Assembly: GCA_963785305.1 (NCBI GenBank)
Contig: CAWAUV010000005.1
Coordinates: 608,001 to 672,000, forward strand
Source of the DNA: an uncultured Planctomycetaceae bacterium
Lineage (GTDB): Bacteria; Planctomycetota; Planctomycetia; Pirellulales; PALSA-1355
DNA: 64,000 bases
Direction of reading: 5' to 3'
Below are positions 29,016 through 41,757 of this stretch, in pieces (position 1 is the stretch's first letter; every line of letters starts with the position of its first letter). The notes beneath the pieces are model-generated. The model did no database searches. It saw nothing but the letters and a program-made list of their open reading frames with translations, and was not told the origin of the DNA. Position numbers and translations under genes: made by a program.

Positions 29016-30412
29016 TTGCGCCCGGTTACCGCGGCGGCGCCGATTTTATCCTTTGTTGCATGGAAAGCGGCGCTCCCAATGACGGGCTCTCGCTCGCTCT
29101 CGTGTCACGCCGCTCGGCGCCGCTCGGCGTCATCGACACGACGCTTGTTGTTCTCGTCGATCGCGACGGCGGCGCCGATCGCGCCAATCGGGACTCTCCT
29201 TGTAGTGCTTGCGATCTCGAACGCGTTCACGGCTACCGCGGTCGCTCAACCCCAGGCTCAAGGAGCTCGCCATCGCGCGGAGCCCGCGGATGCCGAGCCC
29301 ACGTGGCTGACCGGCGCGGCGCGAGCCCAGCAGATCTCCGAGGTCCCGGTCAGCGTGACGTGGACCGGATCGCCGCTCGAGGATTCGCTCCACATGCTGG
29401 CCCAGACGGTGCGGGTGGCGATCGTGCTCGACCGCCGCATCGATCCCGCGCGCGAGTTGAAAGGCGTTTTCGAAAACACAACGCTCGGCGAGTTACTCGA
29501 CAAGCTCGCCGCCGACCAGGGGCTTGGCGTCAGTCTGTTTAACGACATCGTATATCTCGGGCCGCCGCGAGTCGCTCATCGACTTCGCACGCTGGCGGCG
29601 CTCGAACGTGAATCGCTAGCCCATGCCCCGACCGTGCGCAAACGGGTATTGCTCGAAGCTCGCCCGATGCGCTGGGCCGCCGGCTCGACGCCGCAATCGC
29701 TGCTGGCCGAGTTGGAAAAAGAGTCGGGCATGAGCATCGAGAATAAGGATCGCGTGCCTCACGACCTTTGGCGAGCCGGCGACTTGCCCCCGCTGGCATG
29801 GATCGATCGGCTGCTGCTCGTGTGCCGCAGTTCGATCTGGCGGCAAAGGTCGCGGCCGACGGATCGTCGGTAGGTCTCGAACCGCTCGACGAGCAGGCCA
29901 TGCTCACTCGGAGCTATCCCGGCCAGGGGCAAGCCCGAGCGCTCGCGGAGCGCTGGCGGCGACTCGTGCCCGACGCCAAGATCGAGCCCCAGGGCGATCG
30001 CGTGGTTGTCAGCGGCACGGCCGAAGAACACGAACTGCTCGATGCTGCCCGCAAACAGCAGCCCGCGGCATCGGGCGCCGGCAAGAAACTGGCCCTGGGC
30101 AAACCGCTCGGCGATGGCAGCCCTCGCGGCAAAACCATCGTGAAGACTCCGGCGAAAAAAGTCTATTCGCTCAAGATCGATAAAGTGCCGATCGGCGCGC
30201 TGATTGCCGAGCTCGGCAAGAAGCTCGAGCTCGAAGTGGTGCTCGACGACGCGTCGATCAAGCGGCAAGCCGTCGACATGGATCAGCTCGTGAGCTTCGA
30301 AGTGAAGAATGTCTCGCTCGATGAGCTGCTGTCCGCGGCCCTCGCCCCCGCCGAGCTCACGTTTCGCCGCGACGACCGCCGCCTAAGCATAACCCCGCGC
30401 GAAAAGCGCTAA
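29016..30412 (+). CDS. Secreted hypothetical protein with STN/secretin-N-like repeats (indel ~29820)
   Basis: LD..IDP...L.E+LD.L and VS..VKN.SL.E+L..AL patterns; ORFs 29016-29873 and 29768-30412 join. Confidence 0.55.
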
Positions 30413-30442
30413 GGTGAACTGAGCTCATGCTCGCGTCGCCCC

Positions 30443-31708
30443 TCACCTCCGCATTGTCCCATCGATCGCCGAGCGCATCGCCTTGATCCGCTCGCCTTGC
30501 TCCTGAACACGTCGATCCGGATCGCGTCGGGCAATCTCTTGAATCTCTCGGGCCAGTTCCGGATCGTTGATCGTCGCCATCACTCCGATCGCGGCGCGGC
30601 GCACTTCGGCGCGTTCGTCGCGAGCCAGCCAGAGAAGCCAGATTTTGGCGTCGATTCCCGGAACTCGCGGCAGCTCTTCCGCCAACTTCTCGCGCTCCGA
30701 GGGATCGCGCAATACGAGCCGCCGCGCGAGAGCCAACTCGCGATCGCCGAAGCCCGACTCGGTCAAGCGTCGCTCGGCCTGCTGGGCCACGCGCGGGTCG
30801 GGACTCTTGAGCTCGCGAATCCAATTGATGATCCGTGTCTCCTCGGGCGCCAAAGGCCGAAGGGGATTGTCGCTGGGTTGCGTGAGTTGGGTTCGCCGCA
30901 CGCCGCCGCGCGGATGCCGCAGATTCGGCAGTTCGGGCAATTCCTGCAGCGGGTCGGGCTCCAAATCCAGCGGCGCCGGCTCCCGCATGGCCTCGATTTC
31001 CGCGTCGGGCGAAAGCACCTCGACCCGTTCGCTGGCGTTGGCCTCGGCTAGCGGCGCTGGCGTGGTCTCGACGGCGGTCTCGGGCTCGATTGCCGGCGCC
31101 TTTGCCGAGGGCGCCGCCAGTTTCACGGGCGCGGGCTCGACGATCGGATAGGGCGCCAGCACCGCTTCCACTTCTTCGGCCGAGGGCCCGCGGCGCACTT
31201 GGCGGCTATTGCGATGATCTTCGGCCGCCGCTTCGAGAATCCGCTGGCAAGCCGGTAGCGCGGTGTCCGACACCAGCCGATGCCCGGCCGTGTCGCCGCG
31301 TAGAAGGCGTTCGACAAGCTCCTCGGCGAATTGGCGCCCGATGGGGCCAAACGTATCGATTCGTTCGGCCAGCGCCGCCACGAGCACATCGAGCCGCTCG
31401 GCCGCGGGCCCGGAGTCGAGCTCGAGCCAGCGATCGACCTCGGCCGCGAGCAAGCTTTGGGCCTTGGCGCTCATCGCCGCATGCTGGCTGCCGATCAATT
31501 CGGCGAGCACTCGCGTGCCGGGGTCGCCGAGCCGGGTGAGCTCGGGCATCCAGCGGAGCGCGTCGACTTCATCGGCTTCGAGAATCTGGCTTCGCCAGAA
31601 ATCGGCGAGCTTGCTGGGCGTTTGCCGCAAACACCAAGGCGCGATCGCCAGCATGCCCGCTGCCAGCAGCGCGGCAAAGAGCAAGAATTTCATCCAGCGG
31701 ATCTGCAT
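30443..31708 (-). CDS. Membrane-anchored HEAT-repeat protein
   Basis: N-terminal TM; LARDERAEVRRAAI, ARRDPDRRV. Confidence 0.6.
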   Translation of the reverse strand: MQIRWMKFLLFAALLAAGMLAIAPWCLRQTPSKLADFWRSQILEADEVDALRWMPELTRLGDPGTRVLAELIGSQHAAMSAKAQSLLAAEVDRWLELDSGPAAERLDVLVAALAERIDTFGPIGRQFAEELVERLLRGDTAGHRLVSDTALPACQRILEAAAEDHRNSRQVRRGPSAEEVEAVLAPYPIVEPAPVKLAAPSAKAPAIEPETAVETTPAPLAEANASERVEVLSPDAEIEAMREPAPLDLEPDPLQELPELPNLRHPRGGVRRTQLTQPSDNPLRPLAPEETRIINWIRELKSPDPRVAQQAERRLTESGFGDRELALARRLVLRDPSEREKLAEELPRVPGIDAKIWLLWLARDERAEVRRAAIGVMATINDPELAREIQEIARRDPDRRVQEQGERIKAMRSAIDGTMRR

Positions 31709-32093
31709 GCCGGAAATGTCCCCAGTGCGAGCGGTTTTTGGCGCGGAACATTGTCCCGAGACCCTGGCGTGTGAACAAGACCGGTTTTTTCGCCCCTGGC
31801 CGGAGTTTTTGGGTTTCGTCGCGCATCGCCGAAGCCCAGTCCGAGGTTGCGCGCCTGACAGCAGGGCGAATCTCGGAGAGGCTCCGAATTTCACTATCCC
31901 CGACGCCTTGCGCGAGCCGAACTATCCCTAACATCGGAAGAGTCCGCCCGACCCGCGATCGACCTCGCAAGAGGCCATCGCATGTCGGCGGCGACCGGGG
32001 GGTCTTTCGTCTGGGGGGAGAGGTTACATGGCTCGTGATGCGCGCTCGCGCGCGGTGCGTCGTATTGCTCGACGTTCCGCCGCGCTCTCTTGA

Positions 32094-32958
32094 AATGCGC
32101 TTTGCTGACAGCGCCGCTTGGCTAACCGCCGCCCTCGTGGCGTGCGGCTTGACTTTGGGCCCGCTCGCCCGGGTTCAGGCGGCGGAAACCTTCGGCAGCA
32201 CCTCGCGCGTCATCCATCAGGAAGCCGTGCGCGCGCTTCCGCTCGATAAACTCGACGCCCAGGCTCGCGCCAAGATCGCGCTGGTCATCAGCGACGCCGA
32301 TATCTTTCGCCGCCTGCCGGCGCAAGTGATCGATTGCAATCCCGACCTGTTCTTATTTCTCATTCACAATCCGGAAGTGATTGTCAATGTGTGGGAACTG
32401 ATGGGCGTGAGCAAAGTCACCATGCAGCGCATCGGCCCCAACACGTTCGACGCCTCGGACCACGCCGGCAGCCGCTGCAAGATCGAATTCCTCTATAGCG
32501 ACCACGACCTCTTGCTGATCTATGCCGAAGGATCCTACGACGGGCCGCTATTTGCCCGACCGCTGCGGGCCAAATGCGTGCTCACGCTCCGCAGCGCCGC
32601 GATCCGCGAGACCGATGGCCGCGACTATATCACCTGCCGCATGGACACGTTCATTCATATTGAAAACGTGGGCGTGGAACTGCTGGCCAAGACCTTTCAA
32701 CCGCTCGTGACCAAAAGCGCGGACTACAATTTCCAAGAAACCGCCGCCTTCGTGAGCATGATGTCGAAGACGGCGGAAAAGAACCCGCAAGGCATCGGCC
32801 GACTCGCCGCGAAACTGCAAGCGACCGAGCCCGAGATTCGCAACCAATTCGCGGTCATGGCCCAAAACACGGCCGATCACGCCAACCAGCGCCGCGTGGA
32901 ACACGAAGCGGCAAAGAAATCTCGCCCCGCCTTGCAAACATCGACCCAGCGAAGGTAA
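32094..32958 (+). CDS. Secreted hypothetical protein
   Basis: Signal peptide ending RVQA followed by typical coding sequence; true start uncertain. Confidence 0.7.
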
Positions 32959-33099
32959 TGCTGTTGGCGGCCTGTTGAAATATCCAATAGGCGGTTAACG
33001 CCATCGTGGCGAGCCGGCGCTCGCTCGCGCGTGCCCGTCTCAATCCATCGCTTGTTCCCATGGGCCGCCCGTTTCAGGGCCAGCTCGCGCTCAATGCAA

Positions 33100-33609
33100 T
33101 CAGCGCGCGCCAATCGCGGGCGCCGATGGCGGCGGGCTCGATGGCTTGAAGGCCCGGGCCGCCTTGAGAATCGTTTGCCGGAAAGGCTCGGGGCGAGGCA
33201 CGCCGGCCAGCCTCAGCATTTCTCGTTCGCCGGCGAGCAGCCGCAAGTCGCCGGCCGGATACCAGCCTTGCCCCTCGAGGGTGTCGATCTCCACCCGATC
33301 GAAATCGCCCAGCGCGATTCCCGCTTCGAACGCCCCGCCGACGCCGCGCTCGATCAGCACTCGCCGATTCGTGACCCGATAACGCCGCGACGCACGCGGC
33401 CGCAACATCCAAAAAAAGAGCGGCAACACGATCGGAATCGAGGCCAGCGCGAACAGCTTGCCGAACGTGAGCCAGGGCAGGCCGGCGTCGATCGCATAGA
33501 GCCGGCCCAGCCGGCGACCAAGACTCGTGGCGGCGATCGACGGCCAAACCACGGCGATCGTAACTTCGGCCGTTTCCGGCGGCGCGACTCCGGCAATGGG
33601 TTGTTGCAT
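33100..33609 (-). CDS. Bacterial PH-domain membrane protein
   Basis: TM segment then RYRVTNRRVLIERG...AGDL...L.GVPRPEPFR. Confidence 0.7.
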   Translation of the reverse strand: MQQPIAGVAPPETAEVTIAVVWPSIAATSLGRRLGRLYAIDAGLPWLTFGKLFALASIPIVLPLFFWMLRPRASRRYRVTNRRVLIERGVGGAFEAGIALGDFDRVEIDTLEGQGWYPAGDLRLLAGEREMLRLAGVPRPEPFRQTILKAARAFKPSSPPPSAPAIGAR

Positions 33610-33819
33610 TCGTAAATCCGCGGGCAAGCGACAAAAAATGTAGGCTCGATGGTTCGTCAAAGATAATCATCTGGGTCGGACCGCCACAAGCGCCGAACAC
33701 CGCCAGGGCAACGCCGCGGCGAGGAACCGCCGCAGGCTAGCACGCGGCCCCATCGATGAATAGGCCCAGGCGGACTCACGGCAGGCGACAGAACGCCGAG
33801 GAAACGGCCGCGCTTTCCA

Positions 33820-35419
33820 TCAACGGCCGGATTCGGCGATGGTGATTACCACTTTGTCGCCGCGGACCACGGCGGCCATGCCTTGGCGACCGAGCGCTGC
33901 CTTGAGCGCCTCGGAGACGGTCGCGTTTTTCAGGCGCACGGCGATTGGCGTTTGGGGGCCTTTTCCGGCTTTGGCGAGCGCCTCGCGATCAAGCACGATA
34001 TCCAGCGTGCTGAAATCGCGGAGAAAATCAACGAACTCGCGGAGCGTGGCCTTGGAAAATTCGAGCGATGGCAATTTGTCGTCGAGATGGGTCTCGATCG
34101 CGGCCCGCGCGGCGGTGTCGACGCCATCGCCAGCCGCCGGATCGATCGGCCGCACGTTGCTCGCGGCGGGGCCGACCGGAGACGTGGCCATTGCGCCCGG
34201 CGCTGACCTGCGCCGAAGCGACTTTAGCCGCCGGGGATTGAGACTTTGGTTGCGGCGGCAAGCCGGTTCCCGCCGCGCTCGGCGGCTCGGCCCGCGGGGC
34301 TGCGCCGGCCATTCCGCTCGCGCCCTTGCTCTCGGCGGGCGAGGTGGCGGGTGATGCGGCAGGCGCCGGCGCGATTCGTGGTTCCAGCGCCGTCGCTTGC
34401 GCCGATGCCTTGGATTCCACGGGCCGGGCGAAGGGCGAATTGTTCGTTGGCGCCGGAATGGGCGCTCCCGCTTCTTTCGAAGTGGCGTCGGCGGCGCTTT
34501 CGCTCGGTTTCGCGGCCGACGCGGGCAATGGATTTTCCGTGGCGAGGATCGCGGCGGCGTTCGGCGGCGCCGTCTTGCCGCCGGCTTGAGGATCGCCATC
34601 GGGACCCGCGGCCGACGCCGAGGCGAGATTCACCTCGGGCGAGGCGTTCGAAGCCGCCGGCCCTGAAAGCCACACGTAACTGACGATCCACAACGCCGAG
34701 GCCAGTGCCACTCCCGCGCCAGCGGCCGCGGCCAAGATTCGCCAATCGCCGAACCGACCTGCCGGCGCGGCGGCCCCGGTCGCTGTTGTTTCGGAGCTTG
34801 CCATCGCTGGCATCCCGCCCGACGCCGAAGCCGGTCGCGTTGGCAGGGGCGGAGGAACCGGCGGAGCCAAGGCTTTTGCGGCGAGCACCTTTTTGCCCGC
34901 GGGCTCGGACCGCGCGGCGACCGACTTCGCGGCCGCCGACGTGGTCGAAGTGGCGGAGTTCGTGGCTGGGGTTTTTCCGGGCACGCTCTTCGCGGACACA
35001 TTCTTCGGAGGCGCGTTCTTCGCCGATGGGGCCGCCGGCGCCGAATTCGACGCCGAGGGCTGACGCGCTGTGGATGCTTGATTCGCCGCGGATGTTTGAC
35101 GTGGCTGTCCGGCCCGCGGCGCGGCGCCGTTTTGCCCGAGCGCCGGAGAACTCTTCGATATCGCGGCGCTTTGGCTCGCGGCGCTGCTATCGCCGGCTTT
35201 GGGCTCCGGCTTGGGAGCGGTGGGACTCGCCGCCGCGGGCGCCGCCGCGCCGGCCCGAGCCGACGGCGCCGCGGTCACGGGGCGCTTCCAACCCGGCGGC
35301 GGGACCACTTGCACAAAGCTCCCGCACTTCGGGCAGTCGAGGATCTGGCCAATGGCCGCCTCGTCATGCACCTTGAGCCGGGCTCGGCAGGTCGTGCATT
35401 GGATAGAAAAAAGCTCCAC
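33820..35419 (-). CDS. Zn-ribbon + Ala/Pro linker + TM + STN-like domain protein (indel ~34200)
   Basis: CTTC...CPKC N-terminus; C-terminal L.F....L.E..DFL....LD.EAL...L.....L. Confidence 0.65.
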
Positions 35420-35517
35420 GTTGATCCTGTCCCCGGGGAACTTGAAGCGGGAGGAAAATGATGAGCCCGCGAACGTCTACCTTCCGTCGATAGCGAGATT
35501 TATCCGGCTGCTACTTC

Positions 35518-38500
35518 TTAGGCGGCTCTTTTTCGAGTTCCGGCGGCAGCGTGTATTTGTTCTTGGCGACGGCCGCGGGTCGTGATGAAAATGACGTCCT
35601 TGCCGCCCGGCTCCTTGGGCCGAAATACATAGACTAGTTTACCGTCTGGATTGGCTTTTAGCATGACGGTCCGCAAAATTTCTCCGGCGGGCTTGTCCTT
35701 TTCGTCGAGCACGATCGGTTGATTTTTCGTGATCCCCTCGAGTTGCAAGTCGCCGCCCACGATCACGAATTCAGTATCGATCTCCTTGCTTAATAGGTCG
35801 ATCGTGGTTTCCAGCGAATTGCGGGCAAACGACAGCGTGATTTTCTGTTTCAGCGCGTCGGCCGGACCAGCGGGCTTCTTCGGCGCCGCGCTCGCCATGG
35901 CCCCGCCACCCACGCCTTGCGACAGCAGCAACTCGCTCGCCATCAGCAGGTTATGTCCGGCGGGCGACGGCAAATAGCACCGGGCCAACGCCTGGTTTTC
36001 GTCTTCGCCCACTCGGGTATACTCGCTCGCCAACCGCAGCCATTCGGGAAACCGGGTCAGAATCCGGCGGCTGTAGGGGCCCGGGTTCAGCGCCGCCACA
36101 TAGCTGTCGACCCGATCGCTAAGTTGACCGATGCGTTCGCGAAAGCGCCGGGCCAACTCTTGCGGACCATCGACCGAGCTATAGGCTCGCAACTCGGCGA
36201 AAAAGTCGGCGCCCCAGTTGAGGCTCAGGGCCACGGCCCGCACTTCGTCGCCCAGAAAGTCGTTGAGCGGATCGCGCAGGGCGGCAAAAGGGCCATCGAG
36301 CAGCGACTTTCCGGGTCCATTGAGCCAGGTGGGCGAGAAGAGCAAGGTGAAGGTGCGATCGCGGTCAGTCTGCTTGGCCAGCTTGTCCATTTCCTTGCCC
36401 ATCTCAACCGGGTCGTCGGTCCGATCGGAGGCCTGTTCCTCGGCGTCTTTCATTTCCTGGAGCGGCATCACGGAGAAGACTTTGTTCTCGCCCGCCGTCG
36501 GCAGATAGTAGGCATATTGGCCGCCCGAATAGAAAGCCGGATTGGCCGCGGCCGGTTTGGGGTTCTTCCACGCGGCCACCAGTTCGGCCTCGGGATGGGC
36601 CTTCGCGAGGTGGGCCACGAGCGCCATCTTCGGCATCCGGCGTCGAGCGAGAAGAAGCACACGAGCAGTTGATCGACATCGCCCAGCGGCAGTCCGAGCA
36701 TCGTCTCGAGTTCTTGCCGGGCCGCCACTCCGCCGGGTCCCAGCACCGCCAAGATTTTTTCGCCATCAAGCGATTGCAGGAGCGCCGCCGGACGCAGCGC
36801 GGCGATCATCCGCGTGCCAGTCGGCACATAATGCAAATCGAGCGGCTCGCCCGAGGTGGGCGAAGCCCAGAGGGTTTGATTATCGTCGTCGATCAGCGAG
36901 AGCGAATCACCGCCGGAGCGGCTGGCGGCATCGTCGCCTCCCGCTTCGCGTGGCTCGCTGGCCGTGGAAGAAGCGCTCGGCCGAGGCGACGCGGCGTTTT
37001 TGGCGAGCTCCTTTTCCGCCCTTTCCATCTCGGCGCGGACTTCGGCAAGCTTACTCGACTGCTCGAGTGGCACGCTTTTCTCGCCGCTCATTGTTGAGTA
37101 CACAACCACGGCGCCAATGATGAACACCGCGGCCGCGACCGCGCCGCCGATCATGCGCGGATCGTATTCGTTGGTCTTGGCCTTCGCCTTGGGCGCCAAG
37201 CGCTTGGCCGCCGGCGAACGCCGCGCGACAACGCGCGGCGCAACCGGTTGGACATAGGAAGGCGCGGGCGCGTTCTTGGGCGGGACGTTCGCCGCCGGGG
37301 CGTCCATCACCGGCGCTTCGACCAACGCCGCGCCAGGGCCAACCGCCACCGGAACGGCGCCATGAACAAATGCCGCGGGCGCTGGCGCCACGGCGGGCAT
37401 TGCATGCTGGCCGTGGCCCAGCAAGGGCGAAGGGCCCATTCCGAGCGCGACCGCCGCCGGCGCATAGCCCGGAGCGAAGTTCGGCGGCGGGGCAGGCGGC
37501 GGACCAACTGCCGCTGCTGGGCGGCATATGCGCCGGATGCGCCATGGCCGCGTGTGCAATTCCCGGCTGGGCCATGATTGGATAGGGTGAGGGGGCGACA
37601 GGCTGGGAGGGCGGCATCGACCAACCATGTGCCGGTGGGGGCGCTGGCGCCACGGGAGCCGCGGCGCTGGGCGACGGAGGTGAAACAGCCGTCGGCGCTC
37701 CCTGCATCACGCTCGCCGCCGGCGGCGCGGGCGCGGTGGCCACGGCCGGGACCGCGCCGTTCGTCACCGCGGCAGCCGCCTTTGTTTTGCGTTCGACAAT
37801 CGACTGCAAGGCGCTCGCCACTTCCATGACCGAGCCCGGCCGACCTTGCGGATTCTTGGCCATCATCACCGCGACCAATCGGCCAAGGGCCGCGGGGGTC
37901 TTGGCCACTTGCTCGAGCGGCGCCAAGGGCTCGCTGGCGTGGCGCCGGGCTTTGTCCAGCGCGTCGGCGCCTTGAAACGGAGGGCGGCCGGCGAGCAAGG
38001 CATAGGTCGTGGCGCCAAGGGCATAGATATCGCTCCGCGCATCGGGCGGCCGATGATGCGGCGCCGCGCACTCCGGCGCCAGAAAATCGGCGTTGCGCGG
38101 ATCGGAGCCCGGCGCCGCGAAGGGATCGCTCGCAATCGGGAAATAAAGCAGCTTCAATTGGCCGCTGCTATCGACAAACAGATTGTCTGGCCGCACGTCG
38201 CCATGTGCTCGACCCAGCTTGTGCAATCGATCGAGGCCGGCCGCAGCTTTGCGAAGATAGCGGCAGACATCCTCTGGCTTCATGGGTTTTCCGTCCGCAA
38301 GCTCCACGAGACTTTTGCCATCGAGCGATTCGAGCACCATGAACTTATAGCCATCGGCCGAGACAAGCTCCTCGAGCCGGCTCACATGCGGATGCTTGAT
38401 CTCGATCACGGAACGAGCCGTGTCGGCCAGGGCCTGCCAGCGGGCCGGGTCTTGTGCGGGAGCGCCGGCGATAAAATACAGGATCGCCGGCTGCCCGGAC

Positions 38501-38786
38501 TTGAGATTGCCGGCGCGAAACATGCCCGCGAGGCGGCCGGTCTCGACCCGATCGTAGACCCGAAAGTCGCCGAAGTGAAACGGACCGGATCGGCCGTTCA
38601 TCAGCATTTTGGCCTGGTAGCGGCTCAGCATTCCGCGCTGGATCAGCCACTTGCAGAGCGCCACCGGCTCGGCCGGACGGTCGCCCCGCCGCGGTCGAAA
38701 GCGCTCATCAGCTCCTGCCGCTCGGCGGCCTCGAATAGGCCGCCCTCGATCGCCAGTCGCCAAAACTCATCGATTGCGATTGCCAT
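35518..38786 (-). CDS. Membrane Ser/Thr kinase-like protein (probable pseudokinase) with extracytoplasmic domain; several indels
   Basis: L+RYQA..L..G, HP.V, HGDVRPDN, FLAPE, D.RSDIYALG.T.Y.LL.G.PPF; Pro/Ala linker, TM, STN-like C-terminus. Confidence 0.8.
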
Positions 38787-39045
38787 GTGCCGCTTCGCGA
38801 AAAAGACTGTTCCGTTTTTGGGAAATCGCCGCCCGACGCCTAGGCGGCGCAATCCGAGCGACGACCTCTCCATTCTTTTCAATGTATCCTGCTCAAGTCC
38901 AGAGTTCCAAAGCTTTTCCGAAAAAAGCACGAACTCGGCGCCCGGACAACCCGACCGCTCGCCTTGAGTCCCGGCCTGGCTGGGCCTATGATGCCGGGAC
39001 TTTCGCCCCCGGCACGGGGCTTCCTACCCCACGAGAATCGCAACC

Positions 39046-40278
39046 ATGAAGGCCAGCGACGCTACCAGAATCTATTTCGATCGGGCCGCCGATCATCTCG
39101 ACCTGAGCTCCGGCAGGCGCACGCTGCTGCTCATGGCCAAGCGCGAAGTCACGGTGCAGATCGCGATTGAAATGGACAGCGGCGAAATCGGCACATTCAC
39201 CGGCTATCGCGTCCAGCACGACGATTCGCGCGGCCCGATGAAAGGCGGCCTGCGCTACCATCCGGAAGTGGATATCGACGAAGTGCGCTCGCTGGCCGCG
39301 CTCATGACCTGGAAGACCGCGGTCATGAATCTGCCTTACGGTGGCGCCAAGGGCGGTATCGCCGTCGACCCGCGCAAGCTCAGCGCGCGCGAAATGGAAA
39401 CGATCACGCGAAAATTCGTCGACGGGCTGCACGACGTGATCGGGCCCGACATCGATATCCCGGCCCCCGACATGGGCACCAACTCCGATGTGATGGCCTG
39501 GTTCATGAACCAGTATCAAAAATACCACGGCTTCAGCCCGGCTTGTGTCACCGGCAAACCGGTCGAGCTCTTCGGCGCCAAGGGACGCGAGGAAGCCACG
39601 GGCCGCGGCGTGGGCATTTACGCGATCAAGCTGATGAGCCGCCTTGGACGCAAGCCGCAACAGACCCGCGTGGCGCTGCAAGGCTTTGGCAATGTCGGTT
39701 CGCACGCGGCCAAGTTTCTCCGCGAAGCCGAGTTCAAATTGGTGGCCATCGGCGACGCCAGCGGCGCCTATTACAAGGCCGATGGCCTCGATGTGGGCGG
39801 CATGCTGCACTATTCGCAAAAACATGGCTCGCTGGCCGGTTATGCCGAAGCCGACTTGATCGACCACGACGCGCTGCTCGAGCTCGATGTCGAATTGCTC
39901 GTGCCCGCGGCGTTGGGCGGAGTGATCACGGCGAAAAACGCGCCGCGGATCAAAGCGCCGATCATCATCGAAGCCGCCAATGGTCCGGTCTGGCCCGACG
40001 CCGACAAAATCTTCGACGACCGCGGCACGGTGGTGCTGCCCGATATTCTGGCCAATGCGGGCGGTGTGACGGTGAGCTATTTCGAATGGGCGATGAATCG
40101 CCAGTATTACGATTGGCCACTGAATCGCGTGCGGCAGGAGCTCGACCGCGCGATCGCCGAATCGTTCGAAAAAGTGTGGCAGATGTCGGTCGAACACAAA
40201 GTCAGCTTGCGCACGGCGGCCTACATGGTGGGCATCAGCCGCGTCGATCGCGCGACGACGCTCGGCGGCATTCGCTGA
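39046..40278 (+). CDS. gdhA: Glu/Leu/Phe/Val dehydrogenase (glutamate dehydrogenase-like)
   Basis: RGPMKGGLRYHP, GGAKGG, DIPAPDMGT, QGFGNVG, EAANGP, PDILANAGGV. Confidence 0.95.
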   Translation: MKASDATRIYFDRAADHLDLSSGRRTLLLMAKREVTVQIAIEMDSGEIGTFTGYRVQHDDSRGPMKGGLRYHPEVDIDEVRSLAALMTWKTAVMNLPYGGAKGGIAVDPRKLSAREMETITRKFVDGLHDVIGPDIDIPAPDMGTNSDVMAWFMNQYQKYHGFSPACVTGKPVELFGAKGREEATGRGVGIYAIKLMSRLGRKPQQTRVALQGFGNVGSHAAKFLREAEFKLVAIGDASGAYYKADGLDVGGMLHYSQKHGSLAGYAEADLIDHDALLELDVELLVPAALGGVITAKNAPRIKAPIIIEAANGPVWPDADKIFDDRGTVVLPDILANAGGVTVSYFEWAMNRQYYDWPLNRVRQELDRAIAESFEKVWQMSVEHKVSLRTAAYMVGISRVDRATTLGGIR

Positions 40279-40433
40279 ACGGCGGCGCGATCAAGCATGG
40301 CGCGCGGCGAGCCCGCGCGCGGCAAATCAATCTTGCGACCAGAGCGCACGAACGCGCGAAACGCCGGCGGATCATGGCGCGCTAGCTTGGCCGATGGCCT
40401 CGCCCCACGAACACGCCGGAGCGGGGGCGATTG

Positions 40434-41651
40434 CTAGAGCCCTCGATTTTCCCAAACCTTGACGCAAGCCAAGAGCGCCACGACCGCCGCGGCGCCGCCG
40501 ATTCCGGCCCCGCGCCCGACCCACAAGGCCAGAAGCGATCCGGCGAAGAGCGCGAGTGTGACGACGGCGACCCAGCCCAAGGCGCCGGGGAAGAATAGTT
40601 TTCGCCTTCCGCCCGCGCCGCGAAGTTGGCTGTAGGTCACGGCCACGACCAGCGAAATGCCCACGATCAGGCCTTCGTAGAGCTCGGCGCCCGACTTGAT
40701 GACTTTGCTGATCGCGTCGATCACGGTGTTGAGAAACAAACAGCCGAGGGCCACGCCGGGAATCGCGCCGATGCCACCTTGCAAACTGCATCCGCCAATG
40801 ACCGACGCCGCGATCGCGTTGAGCTCATAGCCGCGACCCAAGCTTTGAGGATCGGCCACGCTCTGATCGCCGACATAAAGAATTCCGGCCAGGGCCGAGC
40901 ACATGGCGCTCAGGCAGTAGGCAAACCACTTGAGCCGGTCGGTGCGAATGCCGCTCAAGCGCGTGGCGGATTCATTGCCACCGAGCGCATAGAGTCGGCG
41001 ACCGGTGACGGTGCGGCTCATCAGCAGCCAGACGAGCGCGCCCAGGAGCATGAAGAGGCCCATGCGCGTCCAGATGTTTTTGATCCAGCCGCGAAACATC
41101 GGGTCTTGCAAGTCGATCTGCGGCGAAGAACTATGCCAAACCGCGCGGTTCACGGACTCGACGATCGCTCGGCCCAAGCTGCGCAAGCCCACCAAGGTGG
41201 CGAGCGTGGCCACGAAGGGCGGCAATCCGATGGCCGTAATTAGCCAGGCATGTAAACTGCCGACTAAAAAGCCGACCGCGAGCGTCGCCGCCATGGCCAG
41301 GGCAATGTGCGAACCGGCCAGATGGCCCGCCTTCATATTCTCGGGGCTCAGCAGCAGCAACACGGTGGCAAAGGTGGCGCCGCCGAAAGCGATCATCGAG
41401 CCGCTCGACAGATCGATGCCGCCGGCGATGATCACCACGGCGCTGCCCAGGGCAAAAATGCCGAGGATCGCCGTCTTGCGGAGGATATCGTGGGCGCTGG
41501 TGGACGGGTCTCGCCAATAGTTATGGTTGTTGTCGAGCGCCGCGGCCAACAGCACCACGGCCACGATCGCAAGTAGAAGGCCCAGCTCCGCGCTGCGCGC
41601 GCTCAGGGCGCCGGAAATCGAGCTCTTCGATCGCGCGGCCGGTTCGCTCAT
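40434..41651 (-). CDS. Sugar ABC transporter permease (RbsC-like)
   Basis: GGIDLSSGS, PPFVATL, GR.LYA.GGN, YELNAIAASVIGG.SL.GG.G. Confidence 0.92.
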   Translation of the reverse strand: MSEPAARSKSSISGALSARSAELGLLLAIVAVVLLAAALDNNHNYWRDPSTSAHDILRKTAILGIFALGSAVVIIAGGIDLSSGSMIAFGGATFATVLLLLSPENMKAGHLAGSHIALAMAATLAVGFLVGSLHAWLITAIGLPPFVATLATLVGLRSLGRAIVESVNRAVWHSSSPQIDLQDPMFRGWIKNIWTRMGLFMLLGALVWLLMSRTVTGRRLYALGGNESATRLSGIRTDRLKWFAYCLSAMCSALAGILYVGDQSVADPQSLGRGYELNAIAASVIGGCSLQGGIGAIPGVALGCLFLNTVIDAISKVIKSGAELYEGLIVGISLVVAVTYSQLRGAGGRRKLFFPGALGWVAVVTLALFAGSLLALWVGRGAGIGGAAAVVALLACVKVWENRGL

Positions 41652-41757
41652 GGATGCCTACGGTCTATTGCTGCAATGGAGGCGGGATCAATGCGGCCCG
41701 AACTTTCGCCGCGCAAGAAGATCGCGGCGCAACGTTTCAAACACCATGCCGCTCGTT

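Noticed and set aside
32955..32995. IS-end-like GGCCTGTTGAAA after gene 32958
   Set aside because: No transposase or partner end nearby; may be a simple hairpin between convergent genes.
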